Source: Octopus sinensis
Lineage: Eukaryota
DNA: 64,000 nt
Direction: 5' to 3'
Assembly (NCBI RefSeq): GCF_006345805.1
Contig: NC_043004.1
Location: forward strand, 59,148,001 to 59,212,000
Every line of letters begins with the position of its first letter. The stretch's first letter is position 1. Below the pieces are notes generated by a model. The model did no database searches, was not told where the DNA came from, and worked only from the letters and a program-made list of their open reading frames with translations. This document shows positions 25,745 to 40,530 of the stretch, one piece after another. A program made the translations under genes and the position numbers.

Positions 25745-26061
25745 TGGCGAGCCGCTTGTTTACAGGGACGTAAACAGACCGACACTGGTTGCCAAGCGGT
25801 GATGGAGGACAGACACAAAGATATACACTCACACACGCACGCGCACACACACACACACACGCACACACGCGCACACACACACACACATATATATATACAA
25901 CGGGCTTCTCTCAGTTTTCGTCTATCAAGCGCACTCACAAGGCTTTGGTCGGCCCGACGCTATAGTAGAAGACGCTAGCTCAAGGTGCCATGCAGTTGAA
26001 CTGAACCCGGAACTCTGTGGTCGGAAAGCAAGCTTCTTACCACACAATCACACCTGCGCCT
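25745..26061 (-). mobile_element. SINE family B, 3'-truncated
   Basis: Homologous to 23570-23855. Confidence 0.85.
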
Positions 26062-26062
26062 A

Positions 26063-26135
<73 letters not shown>

Positions 26136-26208
26136 ATCTCTATCTATCTATCTGTCTATCTATCTATCTATCTATCTATCTCTATCTATCTTTCAATCTC
26201 TATCTATA

Positions 26209-26274
<66 letters not shown>

Positions 26275-26312
26275 GATATCTATCTAGATATCTATCTAGA
26301 TATCTATCTATA

Positions 26313-26386
<74 letters not shown>

Positions 26387-26401
26387 ATTATCTATCTATC
26401 A

Positions 26402-26438
<37 letters not shown>

Positions 26439-26524
26439 CCTTCAACTGAAGTAGTTTCCAAAGGATTCATACTTTGTTTAGAATTTACTGGTGTAAACAG
26501 GCATAGATATGATAAGTTATATAA

Positions 26525-26733
26525 GTATAATAAGTATATGATTTAAGTTATAGGACAAAATTCGACAAATTCAATAATATTTTTTTATAAACGGAGGAGA
26601 TTAGATGGTAATATGGTATAAAATATTTATTCAATATTTTATACCATATTAACATCTAATCTCCTCCATTTATAAAAAATTATGATTGAATCTGTAGAAC
26701 TTCGTTCTATAACTTAAATCATATACTTTATAA
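26525..26733. repeat. AT-rich fold-back palindrome (~100-bp arms, 5-nt loop)
   Basis: ...ggaggagattagatggtaatatggtataaaatatt-tattc-aatattttataccatattaacatctaatctcctcc... Confidence 0.85.
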
Positions 26734-27052
26734 TATATATATATATATATATATATTATTTTCAGGATCCAATGCAATCAAGTTATTTAAGTAACGAAGG
26801 CATCAACGCCTGGTCGGGTACAGCATATATGTACACTAACAGTGCGCACAGTTGCTCATGTACTTACCAGAGTAAATACGGATTTGTCCTGAGATTTATC
26901 TCTTAGATGTAACCATGATGGGAGGATCAATATGCATGATATGCTGTGTGAGCGAAAAATCCTAGACGTTCAAAGACGCTCTTAATTCACTATAAAAATA
27001 ACGTCTCAAACAATTGTAGTGAACTTGAAACCATGTGTGTTATTGTATTTAT

Positions 27053-27087
<35 letters not shown>

Positions 27088-27577
27088 AAAGCAAAAATGC
27101 TAGTTCTAAAAGCTGTCTAAGAGATGAACACTTGTTGCAAGATCAGCGACTGTGTGTTCACTTGAAATATGTATATATATATATTGCGTGCAGAAGCGAA
27201 CTACTGTCATTAATGAGGAGTGGTATAAATAGACCGAAACCAGGACTGGTCTACTGGATCCGTCGCTAGGAAATGGTAGGGGTTTGGTCCTTTTCTCGCA
27301 ATTTTATCGGATGCAGCTGTCCATCGTTAACCTCTGTGGGTTAAAAATCGCAGTAGAGTCCGCTCGAACGGACAGCCATGTTAAAGTAGTTAGGGATATT
27401 TTATATATATACACACATATATATATATATATATATTGTATATCGACCTGCCTAAATTGCTTGTCTTGACACTTACCCCTCTACCTACTCATGGTCAAAT
27501 CTCTTGAGCACTGCAAAGCGTTTTCTATACAGAGAATACCTATATCTAATCTCTCTGTGTCTCTTTCTCTGTCTCTG

Positions 27578-27656
<79 letters not shown>

Positions 27657-28294
27657 TGTGTCTATATGTATGCTGTATGCATATATACATATATTTGTCT
27701 GACGAAGGATGGCCAGGGCGAATTATTCGGATGAAAGATCGCCTTCGGACATGTGTAGAGCTAAGCTAATGCTTCTTAAATTTTGATAAAAATTCACATT
27801 AGTTTTTTTGTTCTTTTTTCGTTTCTTCGTCTATCACTTGTCTTATGTATGTTATTATTTCAAGTTGAGAAAATAATAACTATGTGAAGAAGAATAGAAG
27901 CGAGAAGAAATCACAGTCGAAAGTGACAAATAATTCAAAATATAAAATAACACTAATTGAGAAAAAGATATTCAAATATATAATTAATACGATAGAAATC
28001 GAAATAACTATAAAAATAAATTAACTACTGTCAAAAATATCTTGGCTATTAAGAGGTTTAAGTAATCATTTCTTTTATAGACAGAAGCAATTTTTTCCTG
28101 CGAATGTAATTGGGCGGGGCTGGACCCATCTATTATGTTATCTGTATTGTGTTTATCGACATCTTTGGAATGTAAGGTTAACACTATCACGGTTTCAGAT
28201 GTGAAAGAGTGCTCCAAGATATACAAACATATGCGCACAATATAGACGTAATGACAGATATTTGAACACGCAGACGTTTGCACGCACATTCACA

Positions 28295-28362
<68 letters not shown>

Positions 28363-28624
28363 ACATGTGCATACACATATCCGTCTATCACGCTTTCTCT
28401 CACTTTATGTATACATACATATATATGTGTGTGTGTGTGTGTGTGTGTATCTCTTTTGTAAAATCATAAAAACGAAAGAAGTGTACTCTAAGATGCAGAG
28501 CATTATATATTAAAATTGCGCAAGGCCAGTTTATGGGATTAGCTTAGCTTTCCTGTCCATAAAGGGTTTCACTTTATGGCATATCGTCAGATCCCAACAG
28601 GTTTTCTGTATATATATATATAAT

Positions 28625-29070
28625 ATCACTTTGATCACTTTGACCGACCAGTCCGTCAGGCGTCCGTTTGACACCGCTCGTCACGGCACGCTGTCCACTC
28701 CTCTCTGGATCGCGCCTTTCTCATCCACGTGATCCCAATCGTCCTCCTGAAATCGTTACTCCACCGTCGTGGAGGTCTTCCGGGTAGTCTTTTCCGCTCA
28801 CGCGGGTACCACTCGACAACTGCATGTGTCCATCGATTATCGGTGAGCCGGCCGACGTGTCCAGCCCATCTATACTTGCTGCGTGTATACTCTGCGATGA
28901 CATCTCTCACGCCTGATTTCTTTCTGATGATCTTGCTACTTATGGGCTCTCTCAACGAGATACCAAGCATTGACCTTTCCATGGCTCTTTGAGCCGTTAC
29001 CAGTCTTTGCTCTTCTCTCTTTGTGGTAGCCCATGTTTCACTACCATATAACATTGCAGGCAGAACTGCA
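28625..29070 (-). pseudogene. RTE-clade LINE 3' fragment
   Basis: LPAMLYGSETW...QRAMERSMLG...KYRWAGHVGR..DNRWT..VVEWYPR..KR.PGRP..RW; short repeat tail (aaagtgat)x2. Confidence 0.9.
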
Positions 29071-29078
29071 TATATATT

Positions 29079-29286
29079 TATATATTAGAAGAAATAAGGT
29101 ACTCAGAAATCTGAATGGCTTTATATTTACAGATATTTATTAATATGCCACATGTTTTTATAAATTATATATATCATATATATTAGTGCTTGCGTCCACT
29201 CTATTGGAGTCGTCAGACATATTAATAAATATCTGTAAATATAAAACCATCCAGATTTCTGAGTACATTATTTCTTCTAATATATA
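29079..29286. repeat. fold-back repeat (69-bp arms, 70-nt spacer) at the 3' side of the PLE relic
   Basis: 29079-29147 is the near reverse complement of 29218-29286. The spacer carries ATGT-CTGACGA on -. Confidence 0.8.
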
Positions 29287-29353
29287 ATACCTGTACATCA
29301 TCTCCAAACCTACGCCATATGCCCGTGGACAATTATGGTATGAATTTTAGGGT

Positions 29354-30470
29354 TTATAAGTCTAATATTTTTCTATCCTTCCTTAATATCGGTTCCCATA
29401 TGCTATTCATATCTGCACTCGATCTGCTTAAGAGATTATTATGTACTAGCATATGTTCTGCCTCTTTTAGTTTTCGTATTTTCCATCGCTGTTCTCTGTC
29501 TATTATTTTAACTTCATCCCACAGGAGGAGGTGGTCTCCGTTTTTCCATACATGATCAGCTATACCCGATTTATCATTAACTCTTCATGTCACAGCTATG
29601 CGATGTTCCTCTACCCATATTTTGAGGCATGTTTCACCTTTGTATAACCTACCACAGCTGCATGGGATGGAGTACACGCAGTCTTTGGTCATATTCTCTT
29701 CTGTTGGTGGTTTTACTCGAATGAGATATTTGCTAAGTGTTGTATTACTCTTGAATACTGTCCTGATGTCATATGGGCCGCATGTCTTTTGTATCTTTTC
29801 GGAGAGGATTTTCACATAGGATAGACAGACTGTAGTCAGTTTATGGGTTTCACCCTCTCTTTATAATTGGAGTGGGTAGTATGTTTTGGGGGCAGTTGTT
29901 GCTTAATAGATTGTTACTTAGCCTGATCATTTCTTTGTGGTGTGTATCAAGATCGTTACCTATAATCTTTGTTCAGTGTTTTAGGCACTGAGCAATCCAT
30001 CTCTTTACTCTGTATGGATGGTGGGAACTGAAGTTGAGGTATCGTCCAGTGAAGATTGGCTTGCAGTATACAGGTGTCCTGAATCCATACTTGGTTTGTG
30101 TTATTAATACGTCCAGTAACGCTAGCCGATCGTCTTTTTGTTCCCATTGTGAAATGCATGGATGGCTTTATTCAGTTCACATGACCTGACAGTACTTGGG
30201 CATCTTCCTGGTGGAGCCAGTGTATAAAGGTGTCATCAACATATCGCAGTCATAGGGTTTGTTTTACTGGTGTTGATCCTAAAGCCAAATTCTCAAAGTA
30301 TTCCATATATATATTGGCTATTATCGGTGATAATGGCGAACCCATAAAGAAACCCTCCAACTGTCGATAAAGAAACCCTCTATCAGCGTCCATGCTGAAG
30401 TAGGTAGTTTCGACACAGATGGTCAAAATTTCCATCAAGTTTCCTATCGGTGCACTAGTGCGCTCTGAGG
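29354..30470 (-). pseudogene. Penelope-like element ORF relic: RT and GIY-YIG endonuclease
   Basis: YRQLEGFFMGSPLSPIIANIYMEYFE, LRYVDDTF, HFTM, VYSIPCSCGRLYKGET..EEH, SGIADH, RKLKEA, WEPILRK...* (stop 29354-29356). Several stops and frameshifts. Confidence 0.9.
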
Positions 30471-32189
30471 TACTATTGCATTGAATGATAGATACCTAAA
30501 ATTAGTTTTATATCTAGATTTAACTTAGTAATTACATCTTTTATTATTAACTAATTTTCCTCTCGTATGCCAATATAATTATGTATATTGCAATATTATA
30601 TATAACAAAAGCCTTACGCATAGTAGAGTTTAGCAAGGTGTTGGATTAGCAAGTCCATTAATGTGTAGTACAAAATGATCCTGCTCTTGACGTTCCTGGT
30701 TTAAATCCATCCGAGTAAATTTTATTATTCAATCTTTTAAGTCGATGCAAAAAAGTACCATCCCAGAAGAAGACTGTCTTCTGCTCTCGAATTTGGGACT
30801 TTGCGTCTATGTTGGAAATCACTACACAAACAAATATAATTTAGTTTTTTCTTTTTAATACGAATTGAACCAAATCGTGTAATTAATACGACTGATGAGA
30901 TGAGTTGCATATCTTCTAGCGCCTGTTGTGAAATGAGTAATCTGAGGCTTAATTCAACTGAATAAATTCTTTGGTAAATAGACAATCTTTTTAGAAGGCT
31001 TGCATAAAATACCGCTTAGAATTCTTAGTAACCCGACTACTGTTTGAAAGTGACTATTTCGTTTCCTCAAGCTTTGAACAAGAATATAATCTGATTAGTT
31101 CATTATGCACTTGGTGCCCTCTGATAGTAGCTATTGTGAGGGAAATGATAACGTCTTGATAATTACTAAATCGTGGCGTGGTGAGAAGTTTAAATTTTAA
31201 GTATATAAAGAACAAGGCCGGTTCACAAAGTATATAAGATGAATTTTTTTTTACTCATTACTAAAATCCTACATATATTTTAGTCATAGGTAGCTATGTA
31301 TAAAGCCATTTCATCCTTATTTGAAATCTTCAGCATGACATAACATTAAACATCTATATTACATTAAGTTTGATATCTGACGAAGCGAGATAGTTTAGGA
31401 AACATTGAAGCAATGTTTCTTCTTTTTCTTCACCGATCTTTGACTTTAAAAAATGCCAGAAAGCTGTATCTTAGGTCAATGATCATTCGCATTTAATATG
31501 TGTCCATATACTTCGGTGAAATTTACAATACATATATCAGATGCAGATCACACTATATTTTCTTTAGTTTAGTTTGCGTGTCATGTTTTGGTATTTCGTC
31601 ATGTGGTCAAGAATAGTTCAATATGAAATAATCTCCAGTGGTTCTCTTTGATGAGAATATTCTAACGTGTCAGTCACACAATAGTTATCATATATTGTCA
31701 CACAATATTTGCTATTTATTATTCTTTCATTCAGACAATAACTAGACAAAGGGAAGAAAAGAACAAAAGTAGCATAAGTAAAACAGAAATTCCCTTAAGT
31801 ATTCTCAATTCATAAGAATTCTTTAAATTTCAATAAATATACACTGTAGAAGCATGAAATACTGTTAGCAAAGGCAATGCTTCATGTAATTTGGCAGGTT
31901 TCCTAAAGAAAGAATAGCAAAGTGAAAAATGATTTACTTCTACAGTTTGGGAATATTTCTTAAAGATTTTCGGATTAAAAAAATCGATGCGTATTAGTTT
32001 TGAAAATCAAAAGCATTAGTGACTATGAATAAGTTTAGTTCACCAGTTCTCTTTCGTACTATAATGTTTTGAAGAAAATATCCTTTATAGGTATAAGTTC
32101 TTTGTTTCGGAGATACCGTTTTGTAACTATAGGTTTATACTAATTCGCTTAATTTGAGTTGTTGGTAATTGTAATAAGCAAATGTTGGT

Positions 32190-32912
32190 GTAATGGACAT
32201 ACTACGTTAATGTTCCGTTCCTGCTGATGTCAATTGATTCCCGAGAAGCGTTTATGTTTTTAGCACTGTAGACACCACCGGATGAAATGATACTGCTTGT
32301 TGTCGAAACCACAGCGTTAACCATTTGGCACCTGAAGATAGGAATATATATGTATTTGATATCCTTGTTTGTGAATTTTTTTGTCTTATGGTTTAGTTAT
32401 TCTGAATTATTCCTCACTTTTCTGAGTTAGTTTTGGGTCCTCGATTTAGATATTTGGGGAATATCTTCCATCGCCCTAGTCGAATAAGGGGAATGGTTGT
32501 CGTTATCAATCTCACTCATACGGCTAGTGCGAATGCATCTTGAACCGACGAATTCTCTGATCAAAATCTTGAGAACCGCATCTGGCATGCACCTTCCATA
32601 ACATAATCCTATTCGTACACAACACATACTATCTTGAAGGTTTCCACCCCTTTCTGTCATATTTTAAAATGAAAAAACGAAAAACAAAGACAAGCATAAC
32701 GCGTTGATGGTGTTCTTTTCGGTTCTCCATTGTCACGGTGACACTAAACCCAAAATACAACCTGTCTCATTGCATGTTCATGTCGAACAACCTTAAATTG
32801 TGAAATATCTAATGAATGAGCGTGCGCAAGGATCAGATTGAAGTTAACTATTTATTAGGGTACTTGAAATTTAGTGTCAACAAAACCCGAAAGGACTTTT
32901 TGGCCAACCCAT
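32190..32912 (-). mobile_element. degenerate mariner element (5' TIR and N-terminal transposase)
   Basis: TIR-like gggttggccaaaaagtcctttcgggtttt at ~32880-32910 (-); decayed HTH (..CYG..DAV...R..EIDND). Confidence 0.5.
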
Positions 32913-33171
32913 CAAGAAACAAGAAATAATAACTGATGTCATCATAAATCTCATTTTAATTTCGTTTTACCACAATCATTTCAGACATTAAAGCAAGCTT
33001 TCAGTACTCAAGGCAGAGAGTATTACACCGTCGGTGATAGAAGAAAAATAAGACACTTCTACATTTATATAGACGTGGGGATTTGTCAATATATAACATG
33101 CAATGTCGGATTAAATACTGACGCAATACGGGGAAAATAGAGATCAATGGTAGTGGTGTGCTGGCATTACC

Positions 33172-33392
33172 TATTTCTTTACTACCCATTAGGGGATAAA
33201 CACAGAGAGAACAAACAAGGACAGACAAACGGATTAAGTCGACCCCAGTGCGTAACTGGTACTTATTTCATCAACCCCGAAAGGATGAAAGGCAAAGACG
33301 ACCTCGGCGGAATTTGAACTCAGAACTTAGCGGCAGACGAAATACCGCTGAGCATTTCGCCCGGCGTGCTAACGATTCTGCCAGCTCGCCGC
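33172..33392 (-). mobile_element. young SINE family A copy with 15-bp TSD
   Basis: TSD tgtgctggcattacc at 33157-33171 and 33395-33409; tRNA-like head with B box gagttcaaattcc. Confidence 0.92.
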
Positions 33393-35009
33393 AATGTGCT
33401 GGCATTACCGTGGGCTCTCCTCCCAAATATAAATTCACTCACGGTTTACAAATTACATTATTCTCGATGCTGTCTCGTCCAGTGTAGTATAAATTACCTA
33501 GGTTACACTCTAATTTAATTCCAGTATTTATTCTGCTAAGTTAGAGTCATTCTTACAGCGTTCTTTCAGACTTACAGACTATGCTTAACTATTCATAACA
33601 CAGAAACTATCTTCACTCAGGTAGCCATAAAGAAGTATAATACACAAAATACAGCGGCAACGATGAGGTTAACAGCCTGTGCAAGTATTCAATAATATAT
33701 ATATTTTATAGATTCCTATTTTATAAACATTTACACGTAGCATAGATTTGCTAAGCAAACCGTGTGTAACGTTTTGGCTGGTGATTAGGAGTGACGAATT
33801 TATTGCCGTAGCTCATTAGACCATTACATTTATATTATGCATGAATACAAAGGCAATGTTATGCAATATATGGGGTCGTTCTCCCACAATATATAGAAAC
33901 GTTACTCAGCAAGATATTGGATCCTTGTCTCAAAATACATATAATTGTTTTCCTCAATTCAAGAACAAATATATAATGCAATACACATATTTTACATGCT
34001 AGTGAGCTTAGGCGTAAACTTGAGTTTTATATATCTACCTGCAACGAAAGGGAAGTTGCTGACTGTGTGATTAGAAGTTCGCTTTGCAATCACGTAATTT
34101 CGACCTCGGTCTCTGCGGTATCTTAGGTAAGTATTTTATACTCTAGCCTCAAGTCGACCAATACCTGATGAGGAAATTTGGTAGAGGGAAAGTATGTAAA
34201 AGCCAGTATCACACACTTGCATGCCCCACATACAGCCTACGCGGTAAATATAGTAAAAGAGTAAATTGAACTATTTCTCCGAAAATTAAGAAAAAGGATG
34301 AATAGCGTTAATCGATTTTCGAATCCTATTCACTTCCCATCACAGATGTCAACATTGCTTGACCCAGCCCAGAGAAGCAAATAGCCAGTCTGTTTATATA
34401 CAAAACAAATGCATTAGCTTTAGAGAGCTGGAGCTATAAATATTCATACCATAAATATATAACACTTTATTTAATATCATCGGCCTGTCAACGGGGATAT
34501 CAGTTCACAAAGTCTCAAGGTATGATATGCAACATATATGTAAACTGTGACGTATATATACATATAAGGCAAATTTAACTATTTATTCATGTGTGTGTAT
34601 GTGTTTGCATATGTGTGTGTGTGTGCGTGCGTTTTTATTTGTTCCTCTACCACCATTTGATAACCAGTGTTGTTTGTTTATTTCTCGTAACCTAAAGGTT
34701 CGCCAAAAGACTCCGATAGAATAAGTGTCAAACTTGGAGACGAATTGTTCAACTAAACCATTGAAGGCGTGCCTCGGCATGGCTGCAGTTCAATGACTGA
34801 AGCTAGTAAAAGATAGAAATACGATCACTATATCAAACAGCGCTATCAGTAAAGTATTTGCATCGATTTGGCATTTGCGGTTCACCGAGCTTCCCTGCCA
34901 GATATTTCATGACATACCCTGTTTTTCGTAGTCATTGGTGCGGGTTATTTTCCGTCAGTTACGTAGTTGTAATCCCCAATGCTTTATTTTTTTACATTGT
35001 ATAGGTTTC

Positions 35010-35560
35010 AGCCAGAGGCTGAGGCCATACTAAGCACTTCCCTTCACTGTGTTTGGGTTTCTTTTCTGTAATCGTTCTCGTGGAAATAGTGAGTTGGATG
35101 GAACTGCTCTTCTTTGTGCTTACAGCAGAGATGTGGATTCATCTGGTATGTCAGATAAAAATTTGTCCAGTCGCTGTTTAAAAACCTGCACATCTACACC
35201 TCGCAAGTCTTTGAGCTCGTTTGGCAGAATGCTGAATAATTGTGAACCCTTTACTCCTGAACTATTACAGTACTGGGTCGTTACTTTTTGATAGAGAAGA
35301 TAAGATTTTTAGTACTGTGTAGTGCCGTCTAGTTCGGCGGTTGATACAACATTCAGTTTCAAAGTTGTGGGCTAAATCTTCCAGGGACGTCTATATGTAT
35401 ATCACTCCATATCTTTCGCACATTATCTCTAGGGAGTACCGCTTCAGTTTCTTGACCACAGTTGGCAGCCGTCATCCATATGACTAAGAATGAAGTTTTC
35501 CATAGGAGTAGTATGGTTTCTTTTCTCCTAGTTCTGACTGATAAAAAACCTATTTTCATT
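35010..35560 (-). pseudogene. old CR1-group LINE 3' relic
   Basis: ...KGSQLFSILPNELKDLRGVDVQVFKQRLDKFLSDIPDE, a typical LINE ORF2 C-terminus. Confidence 0.6.
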
Positions 35561-36031
35561 TATCTGATACTTATGACAATGTACGACCGAAACATGATGT
35601 GTGCTGCCATCGGTTAAAATTTCTTAATTTTGTTTAGAATTAAGTTCCAATATGGCGTCCTAAAAATCTCTACGAAATTGTAAATAGCCGTCAGCGTTGC
35701 TTTCAATCGACTATACACACACTCCAACACGCGCGCACGGACTGAGGCACAGACGCACTCACGTGTGGATAGATATACGTATACTTAAATATAAGTGTGT
35801 GTATGTGTGTGAGTAAGCGTCAATCATTTTAGTGAAAAAAATACGAAGAAATTGGTATCTTTTTTATTGCTATAAATTTTCTCCAAAACAATTACAATCA
35901 TAAATTACAAAAGTTCTATTTTCAATGCCTCACTTAGCAAGTCATTATTTTAATAATTATTGCCATATTCGCCACAACAATATATTGTCATTATTCCTTG
36001 TCTTGAATGTTTTTAATAATATATATATATG

Positions 36032-36184
<153 letters not shown>

Positions 36185-36385
36185 ATATATACATGCATAT
36201 ATATATTAATATGTATATACATACATATATTTATATATATATATATAGATATATATACATATATATATACATGTATACATATATATATTTATGTGTATAT
36301 ATAACGTATACATATATATATAAGATATACATAAATATGTTATATATATATATGTATGTATATATATATATATAGATATATATAC

Positions 36386-36438
<53 letters not shown>

Positions 36439-36473
36439 ATATATACAGAGAGAGATCGGGAGATAGATTTGTG

Positions 36474-36534
<61 letters not shown>

Positions 36535-36977
36535 TATATTGGGACAAATAAGTATAAGTCGATTAGGGTGTTGAAATGTTGAGTAGAGCATCGTTACAGT
36601 TTAGGTTATCTGTTATCCACACTCGTTCGTTGTACGCTTCTGTTCGATCTACTTCTGGAACTGAGCAGTGGCCGTTTTGGGTACTAATATTAATTAACAG
36701 GAGATGGATTTGGTATCAAATCTTTATTAGGTACAACTTATGTCCCGATCCATCAGTCTGAGTCCCATCATGTATATCGATAAAGATATGTCTCACTACA
36801 GATTTCTAGTGTCAGTTGATTTGTTGTTGTATATATATATATAGAGAGAGAAAATTATACAAGTATATTTATACTTCCATATATGTATTTATGTATGTAA
36901 ATATATATATATATGCGGATAACAAAAGAGTGCTCAATATATTTGTTCTGTTTACTAAGGTGAAGCCAAGATTTCGT

Positions 36978-37019
36978 CTCGTAACTCGTGTTTCATGCTA
37001 GCGCTATCATCAGGCGAAG
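36978..37019 (-). ncRNA. degenerate type I hammerhead upstream of a PLE relic
   Basis: TTCGC-CTGATGA-TAGCGCTAGCAT-GAAAC-ACGA-GTT-ACGAG. Core intact; stems I and II imperfect. Confidence 0.45.
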
Positions 37020-37154
37020 CAAACTGTATCCCTATTGTTTGTATATTTTTTATCCGTTTATATGTGTGGATTATCTGATACTGTAGTCATTTCATATGTT
37101 GTCTATTGTATCTATGATTTCAGTAGAAACATAACTATAGATCGTAAACAACAA

Positions 37155-37612
37155 TGATATCATATTGAACTGGAGAAGTGGAACACACTACATACCCAGT
37201 GAGAAAAACGCATACTTAAATATAAAATCCATTTATCCGCCATCCATAATAAAGACACATTAGTAAAGTCAGGAAAAGTATCTCGAATATTTCATCTGAT
37301 AAGAAAATATCCGAAAACGCGGATTTAAGGAAGAGCTGCAATACACTAGAAAAAAACCCCCACAAATCGACGCTAAAAGTAAAGCCACAATCTGAATGAT
37401 TGTTGCAACTTACATAACACACGCCTTACAAACATTAACCAACTGAACAGAAGCGCCAAAAATTCTCGAAAAGAAACAAAACAAGAGTCATGTATAGCCG
37501 CGCAAAAACATAAAAAAAACACTATGCAATCACCAAACAACAATACACATGAGAGTACATGTGCAGTTGTACAAGTTTTAAAACATGCCAATTACGCGGA
37601 AATTGCTAACAA
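37155..37612 (+). pseudogene. Penelope-like element relic (RT C-terminus and Cys linker)
   Basis: DIILN...YLNIKSIYPPSIIK...ISNISSDKKI.ENA..GFKEELQY...CSCTSFKTCQLRGNC, matching the PLE CxC..CPLxGxC linker. Confidence 0.65.
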
Positions 37613-37624
37613 AATAACATAGAT

Positions 37625-37922
37625 TCTTTTCTACTCTAGGCACAAGACCCGGCATTTTTGGGGAAGAGGTCAGTTGATTATATCGACCCCAGTACGCAAC
37701 TGGTACTTAATTTATCGATCCCGAGAGAATGAAAGGCAAAGTGGGCCTCGCCGGAATTTGAACTGAGAAGGTAAAGACAGATGAAATACCGCTAAGCATT
37801 TCGCCCGGCGTGCTAAAGTTTCTTTATTGCCCACAAGGGGCTAAACACAGAGAGGACAAACAAGAACAGATAAACGGATTAAGTGGATTATATCGACCCC
37901 AGTGCGTAACTGGTACTTAATT
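37625..37922 (-). mobile_element. composite of SINE family A copies
   Basis: Two joined partial copies. Confidence 0.85.
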
Positions 37923-38210
37923 TATTCATACCTTACACTCGGCTGACATCCCGATGCACTCTTTGCCTATATTGTCATGCATGCGCTTATACTCTTTTTG
38001 TGTTAATATACTGCACTCACTCAAAACGTGATTAGCACTCTCGACTCCTTTCCTGCAGATTCTACATTTGATGTCTGACTGAGTTTTGTTGATCTTTGCC
38101 TTTTATCGGATTTGTTCTAGGCTTCTTCCAGAGCAGCTATAGTTACTGTTCTTTTTTCCAGTTTCAAGCTCACGTCTATCAACGATCTCCACTTCCAACA
38201 CTTTCGGTTG
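37923..38210 (-). pseudogene. R4-type LINE CCHC zinc-knuckle fragment
   Basis: DIKCRICRKGVESANHVLSECSILTQKEYKRMHDNIG. Confidence 0.8.
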
Positions 38211-38356
38211 GTTGCATGAATTGACCATGCAGTTGCATTTCTTACCATTTGTTAATTCTAGTGGTTTTTTTACTTATCTCTTTGAAATCTTCTACTATTT
38301 CAGTCAGTTTTTGAATACCCCTGGCTACCGAATTATTATTATTATTATTATTATTA

Positions 38357-38395
<39 letters not shown>

Positions 38396-38615
38396 CATTA
38401 TTATTATTATTATCATCACCCTCATCATCATCATCCGCAAGAACAACATCATAATCATTATTTCTATTAATATCACACAACTAGTGTTCTTACTTCCATG
38501 CGATCTCATTAAACCATTATCATCATAAGGTCACTATCACAATTTAACAGCCACCGCAGGGCGGTAATAAAATGTAGCATGAACATGTGTGCGTATAAAT
38601 ATACGTTTGCTTTTA

Positions 38616-38679
<64 letters not shown>

Positions 38680-40075
38680 ACATTAATCATTTCCAGTATG
38701 TAACATTTAATTTTCACGCCAACAAATATTTATTTCCACATTAAATATATATATATATATGGTAAATAACATAATAAATAATATTAAAATAATAAATCAA
38801 TAAACACGGGCAATAGAATATATATGAATATATATGTATATGAAAGAAATATCGCAAAAATTATAATAAATATGTATTTAAAAGCGTTAAATAAAATAAC
38901 AAAACTAAACTGCACTGGAAACAAGATAATAAATATAAACGATAAATAAGTATAAATAAACAGATAAATAATGAATGAATATAGAAATAATATAGGAAAT
39001 AAAATTCATCAATCAATGTTAGTAAATACAATAATTATAGCAAAAATAGCGTTGAAAATAATATTAAAAACTGATATTTGCAACTGAAAGTAATAATAAA
39101 TATAATTAGTTTGATTGAAGGATTAAATGGATAAATTAAAGAGAGGCTTAATGAATAATTGAATAAAGAATGAACGAATGATTGATTCAATGAAAGACTG
39201 AATGGATACGTCAATGAATGAATTAGGTAGTTAATTGATTAATTATTAGTCATAACAGTCAATTAGATAAAGAAACAACGCATAAAATAAACATATAACA
39301 ATAGATTTGTAACCAAACGAATATTAAGTGGCGAAGACCAACAACGGCAACAACGGTAACGCGCAGAAACATAATCAGCAACAGCGACAGCAAATTTAGT
39401 CTCAAGGGCAGATGCGTTGATAGAAGTAGATTACATCAACTCTAGTATTAAACTGATACGTTGTTTTATCGACCCGAAAGAATGAAGGGCAATGTTAGCT
39501 TCCAGGCTAGATGACCTCGGAGCGTACAGAGCTGGAAAAAGCACCCCAATGGAGACTTTGCTAACTAATAATTGGTTTTTAGTTTAGGCATAAGGACATC
39601 AGTTTTGTTGGGAAATGATTAGTAAATGTATGTATGTGCGTGTGTGTGATGAAGTATCTATGTAAATGTGAGTGTAGGTTTATTTTCTTTTATTCCGTTT
39701 TGGGATTGTGACCATTTTTTAAACATAAATTTGTTTTAGTGACTATATCGTGACACAATTTCATTCTTTCTTGCTTACCATATGTTTTCCGTGATTCTGT
39801 GGTATTTTTCTCTGGTTCAGAGGAAGGAAGTTCCAAATCCATTTATAAATAAAGGTGCGTCGTCTATAACATTCCATTATATATTTGTGTTGAATTTCAT
39901 TTAATTTCCAGAGAAAGTTTTGACGAGCATGCTACGTTCATCTTTGTCATGGTTTGGAATGTATGTGTATGCGCTACGTATATAACTTTATAGATCTATC
40001 AATGGTGCCTACCAAGCCTATTTCTCTTTATTATTCTTGTGAAACTATTGCTTACTAATCTATGATATTTTGAAA

Positions 40076-40530
40076 GGCGGCGAGCTGGCATAAACGTTAG
40101 CATGCCGGGCGAAATGCTTAGTGGTATTTCATCTGTCTTTACCTTCTGAGATCAAATTCCGCCGAGGTGGACTTTGTTTTTCATCCTTTCAGGGTCGATA
40201 AATTAAGTACCAGTTGCGTACTTGAGCCGATCTAATCGATTGGCCACTCCCCTAAAATTTCGGGTCTTGTGCCCAAAGTAAAAATGGTTATTTAGAAAGG
40301 CGGCGAGCTGGCAGAAATGTTTGCACGCCGGGCAAAATGCGTAGCCGTATTTCGTCTGCTGTTACGTTCTGGGTTCAAATTCCGCCGAGGTCGACTTTGC
40401 CTTTCATCCTTTCGAGGTTGATAAATTAAGTACCAGTTACGCACTGGGGTCGATATAATCGAATTAATCCGTTTGTCTGTCCTTGTTTGTCTCCTCTGTG
40501 TTTAGCCCCTTGAGGGTAGTAAATAAATAG
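40076..40530 (+). mobile_element. two tandem SINE family A copies
   Basis: Heads ggcggcgagctggca at ~40076 and ~40299; B box gttcaaattcc; central gcctttcatcctttc..gataaattaagtaccagtt box. Confidence 0.92.

Noticed and set aside
30888-30945. CTGATGA...GAAA motif
   Set aside because: No closing stems consistent with a hammerhead fold.
31370-31420. CTGACGA...GAAACATTG-AAG-CAATGTT hammerhead-like motif
   Set aside because: No stem I pairing and no convincing stem II.
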